A DNA stretch of 63,109 nt from Thermoplasmatota archaeon (GCA_051745305.1 JBNJDY010000003.1:1-63109); one strand, 5' to 3'; counted from the first letter of the stretch, positions 47,560-58,067 are shown. The notes: generated from the sequence alone by a model not told the origin. Numbers and translations are program-made.

Positions 47560-47607
47560 AACCTCTTTATATCCTTTTTTATTAAAAAATAAAAGAAGAG
47601 TGTTTAG

Positions 47608-48903
47608 TTAGTCGTACTTATCCAGGAAAGAGAATCTCTCGTGTGCCGGTAGACCTTCTTTGTAGCAGTAATGGATCTCCTGGAAATCATCCCTGAATTC
47701 GATGACGTCTTCTTTGACCTTCTTGGGATCTTCTCTGTCTTTAACGATACGTTTGATGAAATCTGCGACTTCTTCCATGTGTGTTTCCTTCATGCCCAAT
47801 CGTGTAAGTTCCTGGGTTCCGAGCCTAATGCCGCTGGGTTCCTGAGCACTATTAACATTATCCCAAGGCATGAGGTTCTTGTTGGCGATCATATTAGCTT
47901 CTTCCATAGCTTCCACTAGAGTTTCTCCTCCACCTTCTTCCTGTACGTCAACTGCCAGAGTATGTGACCTTGTGAATCCTTTATGCTCGCACATAACATC
48001 CATATCCCTCTCATAGAGTGCTTGACCGAGGGCTTGAGCGTTCTTGATTATCTGTTTCGCATACTCTTTACCGAATTCTTGATGTTCTGCTAAAGATACT
48101 GCTAGGGCCGCCATAGTATGAAGATGATGATTTGATAGAACTCCCGGAAACACTCCGTAGAACAACTTCTGTTTCATCTCATCATCCCTTGGGTTAGAGA
48201 GGAGTATACCTCTCTGTGGACCCGGTAGAGTTTTGTGGGTGCTACCTGTCATCACTTCTACGCCTTCTCTCAAGGGGTCCTGGAATTCTCCTCCAGCGAT
48301 CAAACCGAGAACGTGTGCAGCATCATACCAAACGTAACATCCAACTTCTTCTAAGGTTTCTTTGAGTTCTTTTAGTGGTGGGGGGAACAAGTACACAGAA
48401 CGACCGAATAAGGCAATATCTGGCTGCTCTTTTTTTAGCAGCTTCTTGGTTCCTTCGACGTCGATATTCATCTCATCTACGTTGAAGGGGTATGTTTTAG
48501 GTTCCATGCCTCTAAAACCAACCGAGCCAAATTTTGCGCTGCTTATGTGAGCTCCATCGGAAACGTCGACCGAAGTAATACTCTTTCCAGGACCACCTAA
48601 ACCCATCAAAACAGCTTGATTTGCATTGGTACCTGAGATAGGTCTCACATCCGCATACTCGACGTCGAAGAGGTCCTTTGCAAGCTCCTGGGCTTTGAGT
48701 TCTACTTTGTCTACAAAAATATTTCCTTGATAGTACCTTCCTCCTGGAGGGCCCTCTGCATATCGATCATGAAGATCGCTGATCAATAACTCTCTTGCCA
48801 TCGGGCTTATTATGTTCTCCGAGGCGATCATGGGTAACGATTTCTTGAACCAATCATGATGTTTCTCAACCTGCTCGTAAATATAATCCGCATCTTTTTT
48901 CAT
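47608..48903 (-). CDS. glyA: Serine hydroxymethyltransferase
   Basis: MIASENI, GSTHKTLPGPQRG (PLP lysine). Full length at 431 aa. Confidence 0.95.
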   Translation of the reverse strand: MKKDADYIYEQVEKHHDWFKKSLPMIASENIISPMARELLISDLHDRYAEGPPGGRYYQGNIFVDKVELKAQELAKDLFDVEYADVRPISGTNANQAVLMGLGGPGKSITSVDVSDGAHISSAKFGSVGFRGMEPKTYPFNVDEMNIDVEGTKKLLKKEQPDIALFGRSVYLFPPPLKELKETLEEVGCYVWYDAAHVLGLIAGGEFQDPLREGVEVMTGSTHKTLPGPQRGILLSNPRDDEMKQKLFYGVFPGVLSNHHLHTMAALAVSLAEHQEFGKEYAKQIIKNAQALGQALYERDMDVMCEHKGFTRSHTLAVDVQEEGGGETLVEAMEEANMIANKNLMPWDNVNSAQEPSGIRLGTQELTRLGMKETHMEEVADFIKRIVKDREDPKKVKEDVIEFRDDFQEIHYCYKEGLPAHERFSFLDKYD

Positions 48904-49030
48904 AAGTATACCTCGTAAGGTGATAGAGTTTAAAATATTAAACCATTTTGTTTGAGTTAACTTATAATTAAGACAATTTTTTTATAGTCCGCAGGGCTTG
49001 TTATAGCAAAGATAATGGAAGGAGATAACA

Positions 49031-50188
49031 ATGGCGCAAGTAGAAGATTTTCAGGCAAAAGACGTGATGACCAAGAATTATATAACTGCTAAACCCGATG
49101 ATAAGGTTTCTGATGCCATAGGTCTTATGCGTAAACATGATGTAGCAGAGATACAAGTTGTTGAAAACGGGGAGGTTCTGGGAATCGTAGCCGAGGATAT
49201 GTTTGTGAAAAAGAGGCATCTACCCTTCTCAACTAAACTAGCCCATGTCATGACAAAGCCACCTAATGTTGAACAGGACGATACGATCATAGATGTTTGC
49301 GAACTCTTATTGTCCTCTGGATACAGAGGTGTTCCGGTTAAATCTAATCACGACATAGTCGGTTTTGTTTCCCGGTCAGATATAATCGAGATAATTCCAG
49401 ATATCGATGATCTTAGAAAATCCACTGTCAGTGAATACATGACCCCCTCGCCCACCACCATAAGGGAGCATGACAGTATTATAAAAGCTAAGAATATGAT
49501 GGAAAACCTGGATGAAAAGGTCATTCCTGTGACAGATGAACACGGGAGATTGTCAGGTATGATAGGAATCAAAGATATCATCAAAGGAAGTTCTAGACCT
49601 GTGTCAAGATACGAAAAAGGTGAGAAAGGTGGTGAAAAGGATTCACCATATTCAGATATGGAGATCAGAAGTATGATGGTCACACCTCCGATAACAACGA
49701 CACCTGGAGAAACAATACATGATGCGGCCAAAAAAATGAAGGAAAACAATATTTCAACACTAGTAGCGGTTGAAGATGAAGCTATCAAAGGGATACTTAC
49801 CCAGATCGATCTGGTAGAAACGATTGCTAGTTTCCGGGAATCGGATCAAGTCTATGTGCAGATAACTGGCTTGGAAGAGGGCCCTGATGTTTACGACCAG
49901 ATGTATCAGATGGTTCAGAAGTACCTCCAGAAGATCAACAGAGTATTGAAACCCTTGGTATTGAACATCCATGTAGTGACTCATCACACATCAGGCCATG
50001 AAAAGAAATTCAGCATAAGATTGAGACTCAATACAGATCACGGTATGTTCTATGCAAAGAAATTCGATTGGAACATAATGAGAGCTCTTGATGAGGGTAT
50101 GAACAGTTTGCAGAAGAAGATATTCCAGGACAAAGAAAAAAAGTTAGACAGGTATAGGAAACATCCCAAGTATAGGGAATCAAGATAG
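49031..50188 (+). CDS. Four-CBS-domain protein with HPF/RaiA (S30AE)-like C-terminal domain
   Basis: Two CBS pairs (aa ~10-250). The C-terminal ~110 aa (VYVQITGLEEGPDVYDQMYQMVQKYLQKINRV...LNIHVV...KFSIRLRLNTDHGMFYAKKFDWNIMRALDEGMNSLQKKIFQDKEKK) follows the HPF beta-alpha-beta-beta-beta-alpha pattern. Confidence 0.7.
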   Translation: MAQVEDFQAKDVMTKNYITAKPDDKVSDAIGLMRKHDVAEIQVVENGEVLGIVAEDMFVKKRHLPFSTKLAHVMTKPPNVEQDDTIIDVCELLLSSGYRGVPVKSNHDIVGFVSRSDIIEIIPDIDDLRKSTVSEYMTPSPTTIREHDSIIKAKNMMENLDEKVIPVTDEHGRLSGMIGIKDIIKGSSRPVSRYEKGEKGGEKDSPYSDMEIRSMMVTPPITTTPGETIHDAAKKMKENNISTLVAVEDEAIKGILTQIDLVETIASFRESDQVYVQITGLEEGPDVYDQMYQMVQKYLQKINRVLKPLVLNIHVVTHHTSGHEKKFSIRLRLNTDHGMFYAKKFDWNIMRALDEGMNSLQKKIFQDKEKKLDRYRKHPKYRESR

Positions 50189-51184
50189 GTTCCAATACTT
50201 CTTCAGAACAGCTTTCGTTTCAAAAATCTCTTCCTTTCCTTTTTGTTCCGTATCGTTCACTTTTGTATATTCTAGTGAGATTTCTTTTCCGATCTCTGAT
50301 GCAACTATACCTGTAGTTATCTCTGATAAGCATTCTAGATGATATCCACCTTCGAGCATGTATGATACAGAACCGTTGCACAACTCTTTTGACAGAGCGG
50401 TGATCCTTTCAGCCATGCTGATGTAACACTGACTAGAATATGTCAGACCTGTAAGTTGGTCCGCGTAATGTCCGTCAGTTCCAAAAGATACGATCATAGT
50501 TTTAGGCTCATACTGTACCAATATGGGCTTCATTATCTCAGTCCAAGCTAAATCTAAGGTAGAATCTCCTCGACCTGTTTTTAAAGGTATATTAATGTTG
50601 TAGCCCTCACCAGGTCCTTGACCAACAGCCACAGCTTCCCCGGTTCCTGGGTATATCCCATAATGATGTGCAGATATATAAAGAACGTTAGGATCTGAGT
50701 AAAATATATCACTGGTACCGTTACCGTGATGCGCGTCTAGATCGATTATAGCCACTCCTCCGGTGTTTACGTTATTTGCAGCGATAGCTGCGTTGTTTAA
50801 GTAACAAAACCCTCCACCATAATCCTTCCCTGCATGGTGGCCTGGCGGTCTGAGTAGTCCAAGGGTCCTTTCTCCATCGAGCGCTTTTTTGATACCCTCT
50901 AAGGCTCCACCGGCAGCTAATCTAGCTATCTCATAAGTTTCTTCGTCGAGATAAGTGTCACCACCGTCGATGTATTGTCCATAACTATTTTTCAGCATAT
51001 CAAGATATCTATGTGTGTGTGTTTTTTCTAAAATTTCTCTTTCAGCAGGTTCTGGAATCAAAACTTCTTCGATCATCTGCTCTTTTTCCAGACGAGTCAA
51101 TATAGAATTTAGTCTATCAGGTGATTCTGGGTGGGTACCGAATTGCCTATGTTCTAAATATTTTGGATGGAAGATTATGTCCAT
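50180..51184 (-). CDS. Histone deacetylase / acetoin utilisation (AcuC) family deacetylase
   Basis: RPPGHHA, DLDAHHGNGT, EGGY motifs. Confidence 0.9.
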   Translation of the reverse strand: MDIIFHPKYLEHRQFGTHPESPDRLNSILTRLEKEQMIEEVLIPEPAEREILEKTHTHRYLDMLKNSYGQYIDGGDTYLDEETYEIARLAAGGALEGIKKALDGERTLGLLRPPGHHAGKDYGGGFCYLNNAAIAANNVNTGGVAIIDLDAHHGNGTSDIFYSDPNVLYISAHHYGIYPGTGEAVAVGQGPGEGYNINIPLKTGRGDSTLDLAWTEIMKPILVQYEPKTMIVSFGTDGHYADQLTGLTYSSQCYISMAERITALSKELCNGSVSYMLEGGYHLECLSEITTGIVASEIGKEISLEYTKVNDTEQKGKEEIFETKAVLKKYWNLS

Positions 51185-51242
51185 GGTTCGTTTAAATAAG
51201 CGAAATTATTTAAACATTGACGTAAAATCTGATACGAATAAA

Positions 51243-51914
51243 ATGAAGTACGCTGCTCTTTTCTCAGGAGGGAAGGATTCCGCCTTGGCTTTATGGAAAG
51301 CTAAAAAAGATGGTTTGAACGTGGAGTATTTAGTAACTGTCTTTCCTGAAAGAGATGACTCATACATGTTCCATAAACCGAATCTAGATTTTGTCCTAGA
51401 TATCGCTGAATCATTGGGTATCGAATTGGTTAAAGTGAGAACGGAGGGGGAAAAAGAGAAGGAGATGCAGGACCTGAAAGAGGGTTTGGAGAGGTTGGAA
51501 ATCGAAGGGATCATCACCGGTGCTGTGGCATCTTCTTACCAATATAAAAGACTCGATAAGCTTTCTTCTCAGTTAGATCTGGAACTGTACGCACCTTTGT
51601 GGGGGATGGATCAAGAAAATTTATTAAATGAATTATTAGAGGATGAATTTGATGTGATTATAGTGAGCGTTGCGGCCATGGGCCTTGATGAAGAGTGGTT
51701 GGGGCGGAAGATCGACAAGTATTGTGTTGATGAACTTGAGGAATTGAACGACAAATACGGAATCAACGTTGCAGGGGAAGGCGGTGAATACGAGAGCTTG
51801 GTACTAAATGCACCCAATTTTAAATGGGGGTTCGAAGTGGCTGATGCAGATATAAAGTGGGATGGACATCGGGGGGAATATAAAATTAAGAAAATTAAGA
51901 AAAAAAGGGAATGA
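51243..51914 (+). CDS. Diphthine-ammonia ligase-like ATP pyrophosphatase (MJ0570/Dph6 N-terminal type)
   Basis: MKYAALFSGGKDSALAL PP-loop. The upstream part of ORF 51015-51914 overlaps the HDAC gene and is discarded. Confidence 0.8.
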   Translation: MKYAALFSGGKDSALALWKAKKDGLNVEYLVTVFPERDDSYMFHKPNLDFVLDIAESLGIELVKVRTEGEKEKEMQDLKEGLERLEIEGIITGAVASSYQYKRLDKLSSQLDLELYAPLWGMDQENLLNELLEDEFDVIIVSVAAMGLDEEWLGRKIDKYCVDELEELNDKYGINVAGEGGEYESLVLNAPNFKWGFEVADADIKWDGHRGEYKIKKIKKKRE

Positions 51915-51922
51915 TTTTGAGC

Positions 51923-52474
51923 CTATACCTTCTCAAGCCTGTCCCTTTCTATCATATTCGAAATGGTTTCGCGAGCGAAACCGGGTGTCTTTTTATCTTT
52001 CTGTTTTTCGAATTGGTCTTTTCCAGTTTCATAGAGATACTTTTCAGCTTTTAAACTCTCATAATGCCCTTTTTCCATCAAAGCGATATATTTGAAGAGT
52101 GTGCGGTATTTTTCTTTTCGTTTAGAAAGATGACTATAAAGTTCATAGGCATCATCTTCTGCTTTCATAGCACGGTCTACAGCCTCGATAAGATTCCTAA
52201 CTGTTTTTATCTCTTTTACGAATACTCCTTCATGAGGCGGGAGGCCTTCAACGTCAGGAACAACATAATCTTTATCACCAAATTCCATTTTATGAAGTTT
52301 TAAAAGTTCTTCCTTATGTCTTTTTTCATCTTCAGCTAAGCTTTTAAATTTCTTAGATGCTAGACCCTCCAACTTTTTAGAAAGGGACATATAGCCATCA
52401 TGAGCAGCTTGTTCACCCTCGATAGAATAGCCAACGAGTTCTTTGAAGCTTATTTCATCTAATTTCTCATACAT
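51923..52474 (-). CDS. Ferritin-like/rubrerythrin-family protein (start taken at MYEKLDE)
   Basis: Two E..(H) helix pairs: EGEQAAHDGY...EDEKRHKEEL and AEDDAYELY...MEKGHYESL. Confidence 0.6.
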   Translation of the reverse strand: MYEKLDEISFKELVGYSIEGEQAAHDGYMSLSKKLEGLASKKFKSLAEDEKRHKEELLKLHKMEFGDKDYVVPDVEGLPPHEGVFVKEIKTVRNLIEAVDRAMKAEDDAYELYSHLSKRKEKYRTLFKYIALMEKGHYESLKAEKYLYETGKDQFEKQKDKKTPGFARETISNMIERDRLEKV

Positions 52475-52582
52475 ACTAATCACTCTAGTTATTTTGACGT
52501 TTTCACCTTTATTAAGTTTTTCTATTTTTCCCGCACAACAACCTATATATAAGACAGTTAACATTTGCATTACGGTGCAAAT

Positions 52583-54022
52583 ATGCGAGATATCACTGAT
52601 TATGCTATAAAAAGGTTAGAGGACTCGGATATCCAATACGGTGACATCAGATTCTCAGACATCTTAACACAATCGATACAGGTGAGGAACGGTTCCGTTG
52701 AAACTATAAAGGACAATACCAGCAAAGGATTCGGTATAAGGATAATAGACAAAGGATGGGGCTTTGCTTCATCATCTGTATTGACTAAAAAGGGTATCGA
52801 CGAGACGATCAAGAGAGCTATGAAGATAGCTAAAGCTTCCGGTAAAACTTCAGATGGAATAGATATAAAGGAAGTAGAGATATATCAGGATGAGTACGTG
52901 AACGATTACAAGAAAGATCCCTTCGAAGTGGATTTGGATGAGAAGATCGATTATTTGGTTGATGTGAACGATCGTCTTGATGTTGATGATCAAATAAACG
53001 TACGGACTTCCAATTTTAAAGCTTGGAGATTCTTAAAAGAGTTCGCAAGCACGGAAGGTGCACGGATAGAACAGAAATTGGTCCAATGCGGCGGTGGTTT
53101 GAGTGTGACCGTTTCTGACGGCGAAGACGTTCAAACTCGAAGTTATCCTAATTCCTTTGGAGGAGATTACAGTTCAAGAGGATATGAATTCTTCGAAGGT
53201 ATGGATCTTTTGGGTAATGCCGAGAAAACAGCTCAAGAAGGAGTTGACCTTTTGAAAGCTGAACAGTGTCCTGAAGGGAAGATGGATATCATTCTGAACA
53301 CGAATCAACTCGCTCTACAGGTACACGAAAGCTGTGGACATCCAACTGAGTTGGACAGGGCCCTTGGAACTGAAGCAAGTTATGCAGGTACTAGTTTCAT
53401 GACACCTGATAAATTAGGTAAGCTCAGATACGGTTCAGATATAGTTCACCTTACATCCGACGCTACGGCAGAAGGTGGATTGGGAACGTTCGGTTACGAT
53501 GATGAAGGAGTAAAAGCCAAGAAAGTGGATCTTGTGAAAGATGGTATATTCGTTGGATATCAAGCATCTAGAGAAGATGCGGCCCAGATAGATGTGGAAG
53601 TGAGTGGAAGTATGCGTGCCGACGGATGGAGTAATTTACCACTAGTCAGGATGACTAATATCAATTTAGAACCAGGAGATTGGTCAAGGGAAGAGATCAT
53701 CGAAGAAACTGATAAAGGTATCATCTTCGACGGTATCAAAAGCTGGAGTATCGATGATAAGAGGTTGAACTTCATGTTCGGAACTGAAGCCGGTTATTTA
53801 GTTGAAAACGGAGAAGTTAAGAAATTGATCAAGAACCCAACCTATACCGGGATCACGTACGAGTTCTGGAGAAGATGCAATGCTATATCTGGAAAAGAGG
53901 ATTGGAAACTGCACGGAGTCCCGAATTGCGGAAAAGGAGAACCACCCCAAGTTATGAGAGTCGGTCACGGTGTTGCACCGGCTCGATTTGAAGACGTTAC
54001 CGTGGGGGTGGGAAAATGGTAA
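52583..54022 (+). CDS. tldD: TldD-family metalloprotease
   Basis: HESCGHPTELDR motif; 480 aa. ATG at 52583 is preferred over the TTG at 52565. Confidence 0.9.
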   Translation: MRDITDYAIKRLEDSDIQYGDIRFSDILTQSIQVRNGSVETIKDNTSKGFGIRIIDKGWGFASSSVLTKKGIDETIKRAMKIAKASGKTSDGIDIKEVEIYQDEYVNDYKKDPFEVDLDEKIDYLVDVNDRLDVDDQINVRTSNFKAWRFLKEFASTEGARIEQKLVQCGGGLSVTVSDGEDVQTRSYPNSFGGDYSSRGYEFFEGMDLLGNAEKTAQEGVDLLKAEQCPEGKMDIILNTNQLALQVHESCGHPTELDRALGTEASYAGTSFMTPDKLGKLRYGSDIVHLTSDATAEGGLGTFGYDDEGVKAKKVDLVKDGIFVGYQASREDAAQIDVEVSGSMRADGWSNLPLVRMTNINLEPGDWSREEIIEETDKGIIFDGIKSWSIDDKRLNFMFGTEAGYLVENGEVKKLIKNPTYTGITYEFWRRCNAISGKEDWKLHGVPNCGKGEPPQVMRVGHGVAPARFEDVTVGVGKW

Positions 54023-55380
54023 ACGAAGATTTAGAGCGCTCTGCTCAGAAGGTACTGGATAAAGTTGAAGTCGATGAAGTCGAGGTTTTGATACACAGAA
54101 CAGACAGGGCCTTGACGAGGTACGCCAATTCTAAAATCCACCAGAATGTTGGTCAGAAAGATTTCGACGTGTCCATAAGAGCTATACTTGGAAAGAAAGT
54201 TGGATCGGTTTCCACAAATTCTGTTGATGAAAAATCCCTTGTGGAAGCTTTACGAAGAGCTGAGAACATAGCCAAGCATCAGAAAGAAGACCCTGATTTT
54301 GTAGGTCTTCCAGAACCTAAAGAGGGGCGTGATGGTAAAGAAAATTATTTCGAAGAAACTGCCGATTATACTCCGGACGAGCGTGCTGAAAAGGTCAAAG
54401 AGATCATCGAGTATGCAAGCGGTAAAGGCGTTGACCGTATGTACGGGGCTTTTGAAACGGAAACCATCGAAGTACTTGTTGCAAATACTAACGGGATAAT
54501 GAAGAGCAGCAGGATGAGTAAAGCCAATTTGACTGCTACCGCTATAGCAGACTGGGATAACGACCAAGGATTCGGTTGGAGTGAACAGTGCTCCGCTAAC
54601 GTGAAAGATATCGATCACATGAACGTTGCTAAGACTGCTGTTGATAAAGGCCTGAACAACAGGAATACCGAGAACATCGAGCCCGGTGAGTATACAGTTG
54701 TGTTGGAACCGTTAGCAGTTAACACCATGCTCATGTACCTAGCCATGATGGGTATGAGCGCTAAGAAAGTTCAGGAGAAAAGAAGCTTCATGAACGGAAA
54801 ATTTGGTGAACAGATCATGGACGAACGGGTTAACATATTCGATGATGCTATGCACGATGAGATGATCGGTTTCCCATTCGACTACGAAGGTGTACCTAAA
54901 CAGAGGGTTGATATTGTCAAGAACGGGATAGCTAACGATGTCGTTTACGACTCTTATACTGCTGGAAGGGATGAAGAAGATAAAGAATCTACGGGACACG
55001 CCTTGCCGATGCCGAACCCGATGAGTCCCATGCCTCTAAATCTGATGATGGATACAGGGGATACCAGTGTTCAGGAGATGATCGAAGATACTGAGAAAGG
55101 GATACTGGTAACTAGATTCAATTACTGCCGACCGGTACACCCTGTAAAAGGTATATTGACCGGACTTACTAGAGATGGGACCTGGAGAATCGAAGACGGA
55201 GAGGTTACACAACCGCTAAAGAATCTTAGGTTTACACAGAACCTACTCGACGCTTTCAGCAATGTTGAATTGATAGGTGACGAACGGGTACTGTTCTCGC
55301 TAGGCTACTATCCGGGTTATACCAGTGTTCCAGCCATGAAGATACCTGAGTTCAACTTCACTGGAACAACGGAATTCTAA
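54016..55380 (+). CDS. pmbA: PmbA/TldE-family protein
   Basis: Paralogue immediately after tldD (7-nt overlap) with the typical C-terminal ...P.......F.G pattern. Confidence 0.85.
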   Translation: MVNEDLERSAQKVLDKVEVDEVEVLIHRTDRALTRYANSKIHQNVGQKDFDVSIRAILGKKVGSVSTNSVDEKSLVEALRRAENIAKHQKEDPDFVGLPEPKEGRDGKENYFEETADYTPDERAEKVKEIIEYASGKGVDRMYGAFETETIEVLVANTNGIMKSSRMSKANLTATAIADWDNDQGFGWSEQCSANVKDIDHMNVAKTAVDKGLNNRNTENIEPGEYTVVLEPLAVNTMLMYLAMMGMSAKKVQEKRSFMNGKFGEQIMDERVNIFDDAMHDEMIGFPFDYEGVPKQRVDIVKNGIANDVVYDSYTAGRDEEDKESTGHALPMPNPMSPMPLNLMMDTGDTSVQEMIEDTEKGILVTRFNYCRPVHPVKGILTGLTRDGTWRIEDGEVTQPLKNLRFTQNLLDAFSNVELIGDERVLFSLGYYPGYTSVPAMKIPEFNFTGTTEF

Positions 55381-55515
55381 AAAACCCTTTTTTCTTTTTT
55401 TTGATATATTAGATAAAGCTAACCTGTGGAATGGGGATTAGTTTCTATTTGGTAGGATATAAACGTATAATAAGGATTTAAAAATTTATATATAATAGTA
55501 TAAAAAAGTGAAATC

Positions 55516-56397
55516 ATGATAACTAATAGAAGGTATAAGTTGTTAGCTGACTTTGAAAAGGTTTGTCAGTTTTTAGATGATAACTATGATTTGGAAACGC
55601 TCAACAGTTATTTAATACGACCTTTTTTTGAATATGCTCATACGCATCCATACTTTAACCATAAGTCCACTCCTCGTTTTGGTCTCTGGGAGGAAGAGGG
55701 AAAACTCGTCGGTATAGCATGTTATGAGATGGATATAGGAGAGTGTTTTTTGAGCCTGAAAGATGGTTACGATCACTTATTATCTGATATGCTCGAATAT
55801 GCAGAAAAGGAATTAGTAGGTATACGTGATGATAAAAGAATTCTAAGTGTTTGGATCACGGATAAGGAAGAGGTAAAAAGTCAACTTTTACGAAAGGAAG
55901 GATATAAAAAAGTATACACAGAACCGATAACGATTTTTTCGTATGATAAGGACTTCGTTGAAGTTGACCTGCCAGAGGGGTATTCTCTATATTCATTAGA
56001 AGAGGAAAATGATATAAAAAAGATACATGCATGTCTTTGGAAAGGTTTTGATCACGGACCGGATCTAGATGAGGATTATGAGAGGAGGTTGTTTATGCAA
56101 AGTGGCCCCAATTTTCGAAAGGATCTAACTACTATAATAAAAGCTCCTAGCGGTGAATATGCGTGTTATGCAGGGATGTGGTTTGATGAGCAGAATAAAT
56201 ATGCTTATTTGGAGCCTTTAGCAACCGTACCTGAGCATAGAGGGAAAGATCTGGCAACGATCGCACTTACTGAAGCGATGAAAAAGACTAAAGAACTAGG
56301 TGCGGAATACTGTTTCGGTGGAGTTCCAAATTTTTATAAATCTATTGGCTTTGAGACGATATGTTTCAGAGAGGAATGGAAAAAGGTATTGGATTAA
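55516..56397 (+). CDS. GNAT-family acetyltransferase (C-terminal domain)
   Basis: LATVPEHRGKDLATIALTEAMKKTKELGAEY acetyl-CoA binding pattern. Confidence 0.65.
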   Translation: MITNRRYKLLADFEKVCQFLDDNYDLETLNSYLIRPFFEYAHTHPYFNHKSTPRFGLWEEEGKLVGIACYEMDIGECFLSLKDGYDHLLSDMLEYAEKELVGIRDDKRILSVWITDKEEVKSQLLRKEGYKKVYTEPITIFSYDKDFVEVDLPEGYSLYSLEEENDIKKIHACLWKGFDHGPDLDEDYERRLFMQSGPNFRKDLTTIIKAPSGEYACYAGMWFDEQNKYAYLEPLATVPEHRGKDLATIALTEAMKKTKELGAEYCFGGVPNFYKSIGFETICFREEWKKVLD

Positions 56398-56607
56398 TAT
56401 TTTCGATAGTTCTTAGTGTATTCAAGAGGGACGGATCTTAACTTTGTATAACACGAGGATTCCGCTCCGTTACACCCATATTCATGAACTTTGTAAATAC
56501 CAGGAACGTTAGGTGAAATAATCTGGAAAACCTGTGGTTGTGTATATCCAACAGAACATTTACCCAAAATCTTTATAATGAAGTTTTTGTAATACTATAG
56601 TGTTGCT

Positions 56608-56847
56608 ATGGCTTCAATAAACGTAAAAGTCCCTAACGAGATGAAGAAGGAAATAGATCATTTCCTCGAAACGCATCCATATTACCTAAACAAAAGTGAG
56701 TTGGTTAGAGATGCATTACGCCATATAATGCATGAAGAGCAGAAACTATCAGCAGAAACTTTGAGAGTTATCGAAGAGGGAAAGGAACAAGTGGAAAAGG
56801 ATGAAGGTTCTACTCTTTCTGAGGTGAGGGAAGAGTTAGATGGTTGA
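56608..56847 (+). CDS. Ribbon-helix-helix (CopG) antitoxin
   Basis: INVKVPNEMKKEIDHFL......NKSELVRDALRHI. 8-nt overlap with the toxin gene. Confidence 0.8.
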   Translation: MASINVKVPNEMKKEIDHFLETHPYYLNKSELVRDALRHIMHEEQKLSAETLRVIEEGKEQVEKDEGSTLSEVREELDG

Positions 56848-57097
56848 GGTCAAGTTTACTGACCCTGCCAAGGATCAGCTGACTAAATTAGAGAAAGAGA
56901 TTAGGTTAAGGATATATGATAAGTTGGAGGAGGTTAAAGATTGGCCAGATCATTTTTTGACTAAATTGAAAGGTTATCCATACTATAAACTAAGAGTTGG
57001 CGATTATAGAATTATCATCAATTGGAAGAAGGAACGAGAACAACTGTGGGTTATTGCTGCTGGACATCGTAAGAACATCTACGAGAAAGAATTGTAA
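56840..57097 (+). CDS. RelE/ParE-family toxin
   Basis: 85 aa. ...A..QL..L......RI..KL........LKG...YKLRVGDYRIIINW......L.V....HRKNIY. Confidence 0.85.
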   Translation: MVEVKFTDPAKDQLTKLEKEIRLRIYDKLEEVKDWPDHFLTKLKGYPYYKLRVGDYRIIINWKKEREQLWVIAAGHRKNIYEKEL

Positions 57098-57308
57098 ACC
57101 ACCACTGGAGATTATTTCAGTGACTTCCTCACCCACCTGATTTACATCAGGAAGGTGCTTCCTTCCATTTATCCGAGTCTACTGGAATTCTACACTAGGT
57201 TGATAGTATGAGCGGAGTAATATCATGAGAGTAAGCAATTAATATTAAAACAAGACGTAGTTATAGAATCTAGAGATCAATAATGATAAAAATAAAAAGG
57301 GTGATCCA

Positions 57309-58067
57309 ATGAAGATTGCTACATTCAATATCTGGAACTCTGATCGTGGTATGCCATCAAGAGAGCAACAGATCATCGATGAAATTAAAACGGTGAATGC
57401 TGATATAATCTGTTTACAGGAAGTAAAAGAAGAAGCTTATAACAAGATAACAAGTGAAATCAGTGAGTACAAATACGACTATTACCATACTTTTGATAAC
57501 GAATATGAGGGGCTATTAGTATTAAGCAAGTACCCGATATTGAAAAAGAGACATATGAAATGTGCAATTTTAATCACATGTGAATATGAAAATAATACAT
57601 TCCTTGTGGTGAATGTACATTTACCATGGGATAGCATCATTCAGAAAGAGCACTATATTGTTAATATAATGAAGGAGATCGATGGTATATATACTGATTA
57701 TGCTATTCTAACTGGTGACTTCAATTGTTTAGAGAACTCAAGTGTTCATCATTACTTGACAGGGCAAAGAACATTATTGAATTCAGAAGCAAATCCTTGT
57801 TGGTACGACTTAGCAGAAGTTTATGCTGATATAACTGATTCGGAACCGGAGAAAACTCTGGATATTAGAAATAATCCTAGGTGGAGAGGTAAAAATTACA
57901 CTTATACGAGCTCGAGGCTTGACCGGATATATATAAGAGATACTTTTCCAAGATCTCCGCCCCTCTTAGAAAAGTTTTCACTTTTTGGTAATAGTGATGA
58001 CGAAAAATCTGGATATTGTGCAAGTGATCATTATGGAGTTGTTGCGGAAATTATGATCGATAAATAA
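57309..58067 (+). CDS. Endonuclease/exonuclease/phosphatase (EEP) family protein
   Basis: IATFNIWN, DIICLQEV, VNVHL, GDFNC, SDHYGV. Confidence 0.85.
   Translation: MKIATFNIWNSDRGMPSREQQIIDEIKTVNADIICLQEVKEEAYNKITSEISEYKYDYYHTFDNEYEGLLVLSKYPILKKRHMKCAILITCEYENNTFLVVNVHLPWDSIIQKEHYIVNIMKEIDGIYTDYAILTGDFNCLENSSVHHYLTGQRTLLNSEANPCWYDLAEVYADITDSEPEKTLDIRNNPRWRGKNYTYTSSRLDRIYIRDTFPRSPPLLEKFSLFGNSDDEKSGYCASDHYGVVAEIMIDK

Noticed and set aside
51015-51242. N-terminal extension of the Dph6-like ORF
   Set aside because: It overlaps the 5' end of the HDAC gene on the other strand and has no similarity to the family. The PP-loop protein starts naturally at MKYAALFSGGKDS (51243).
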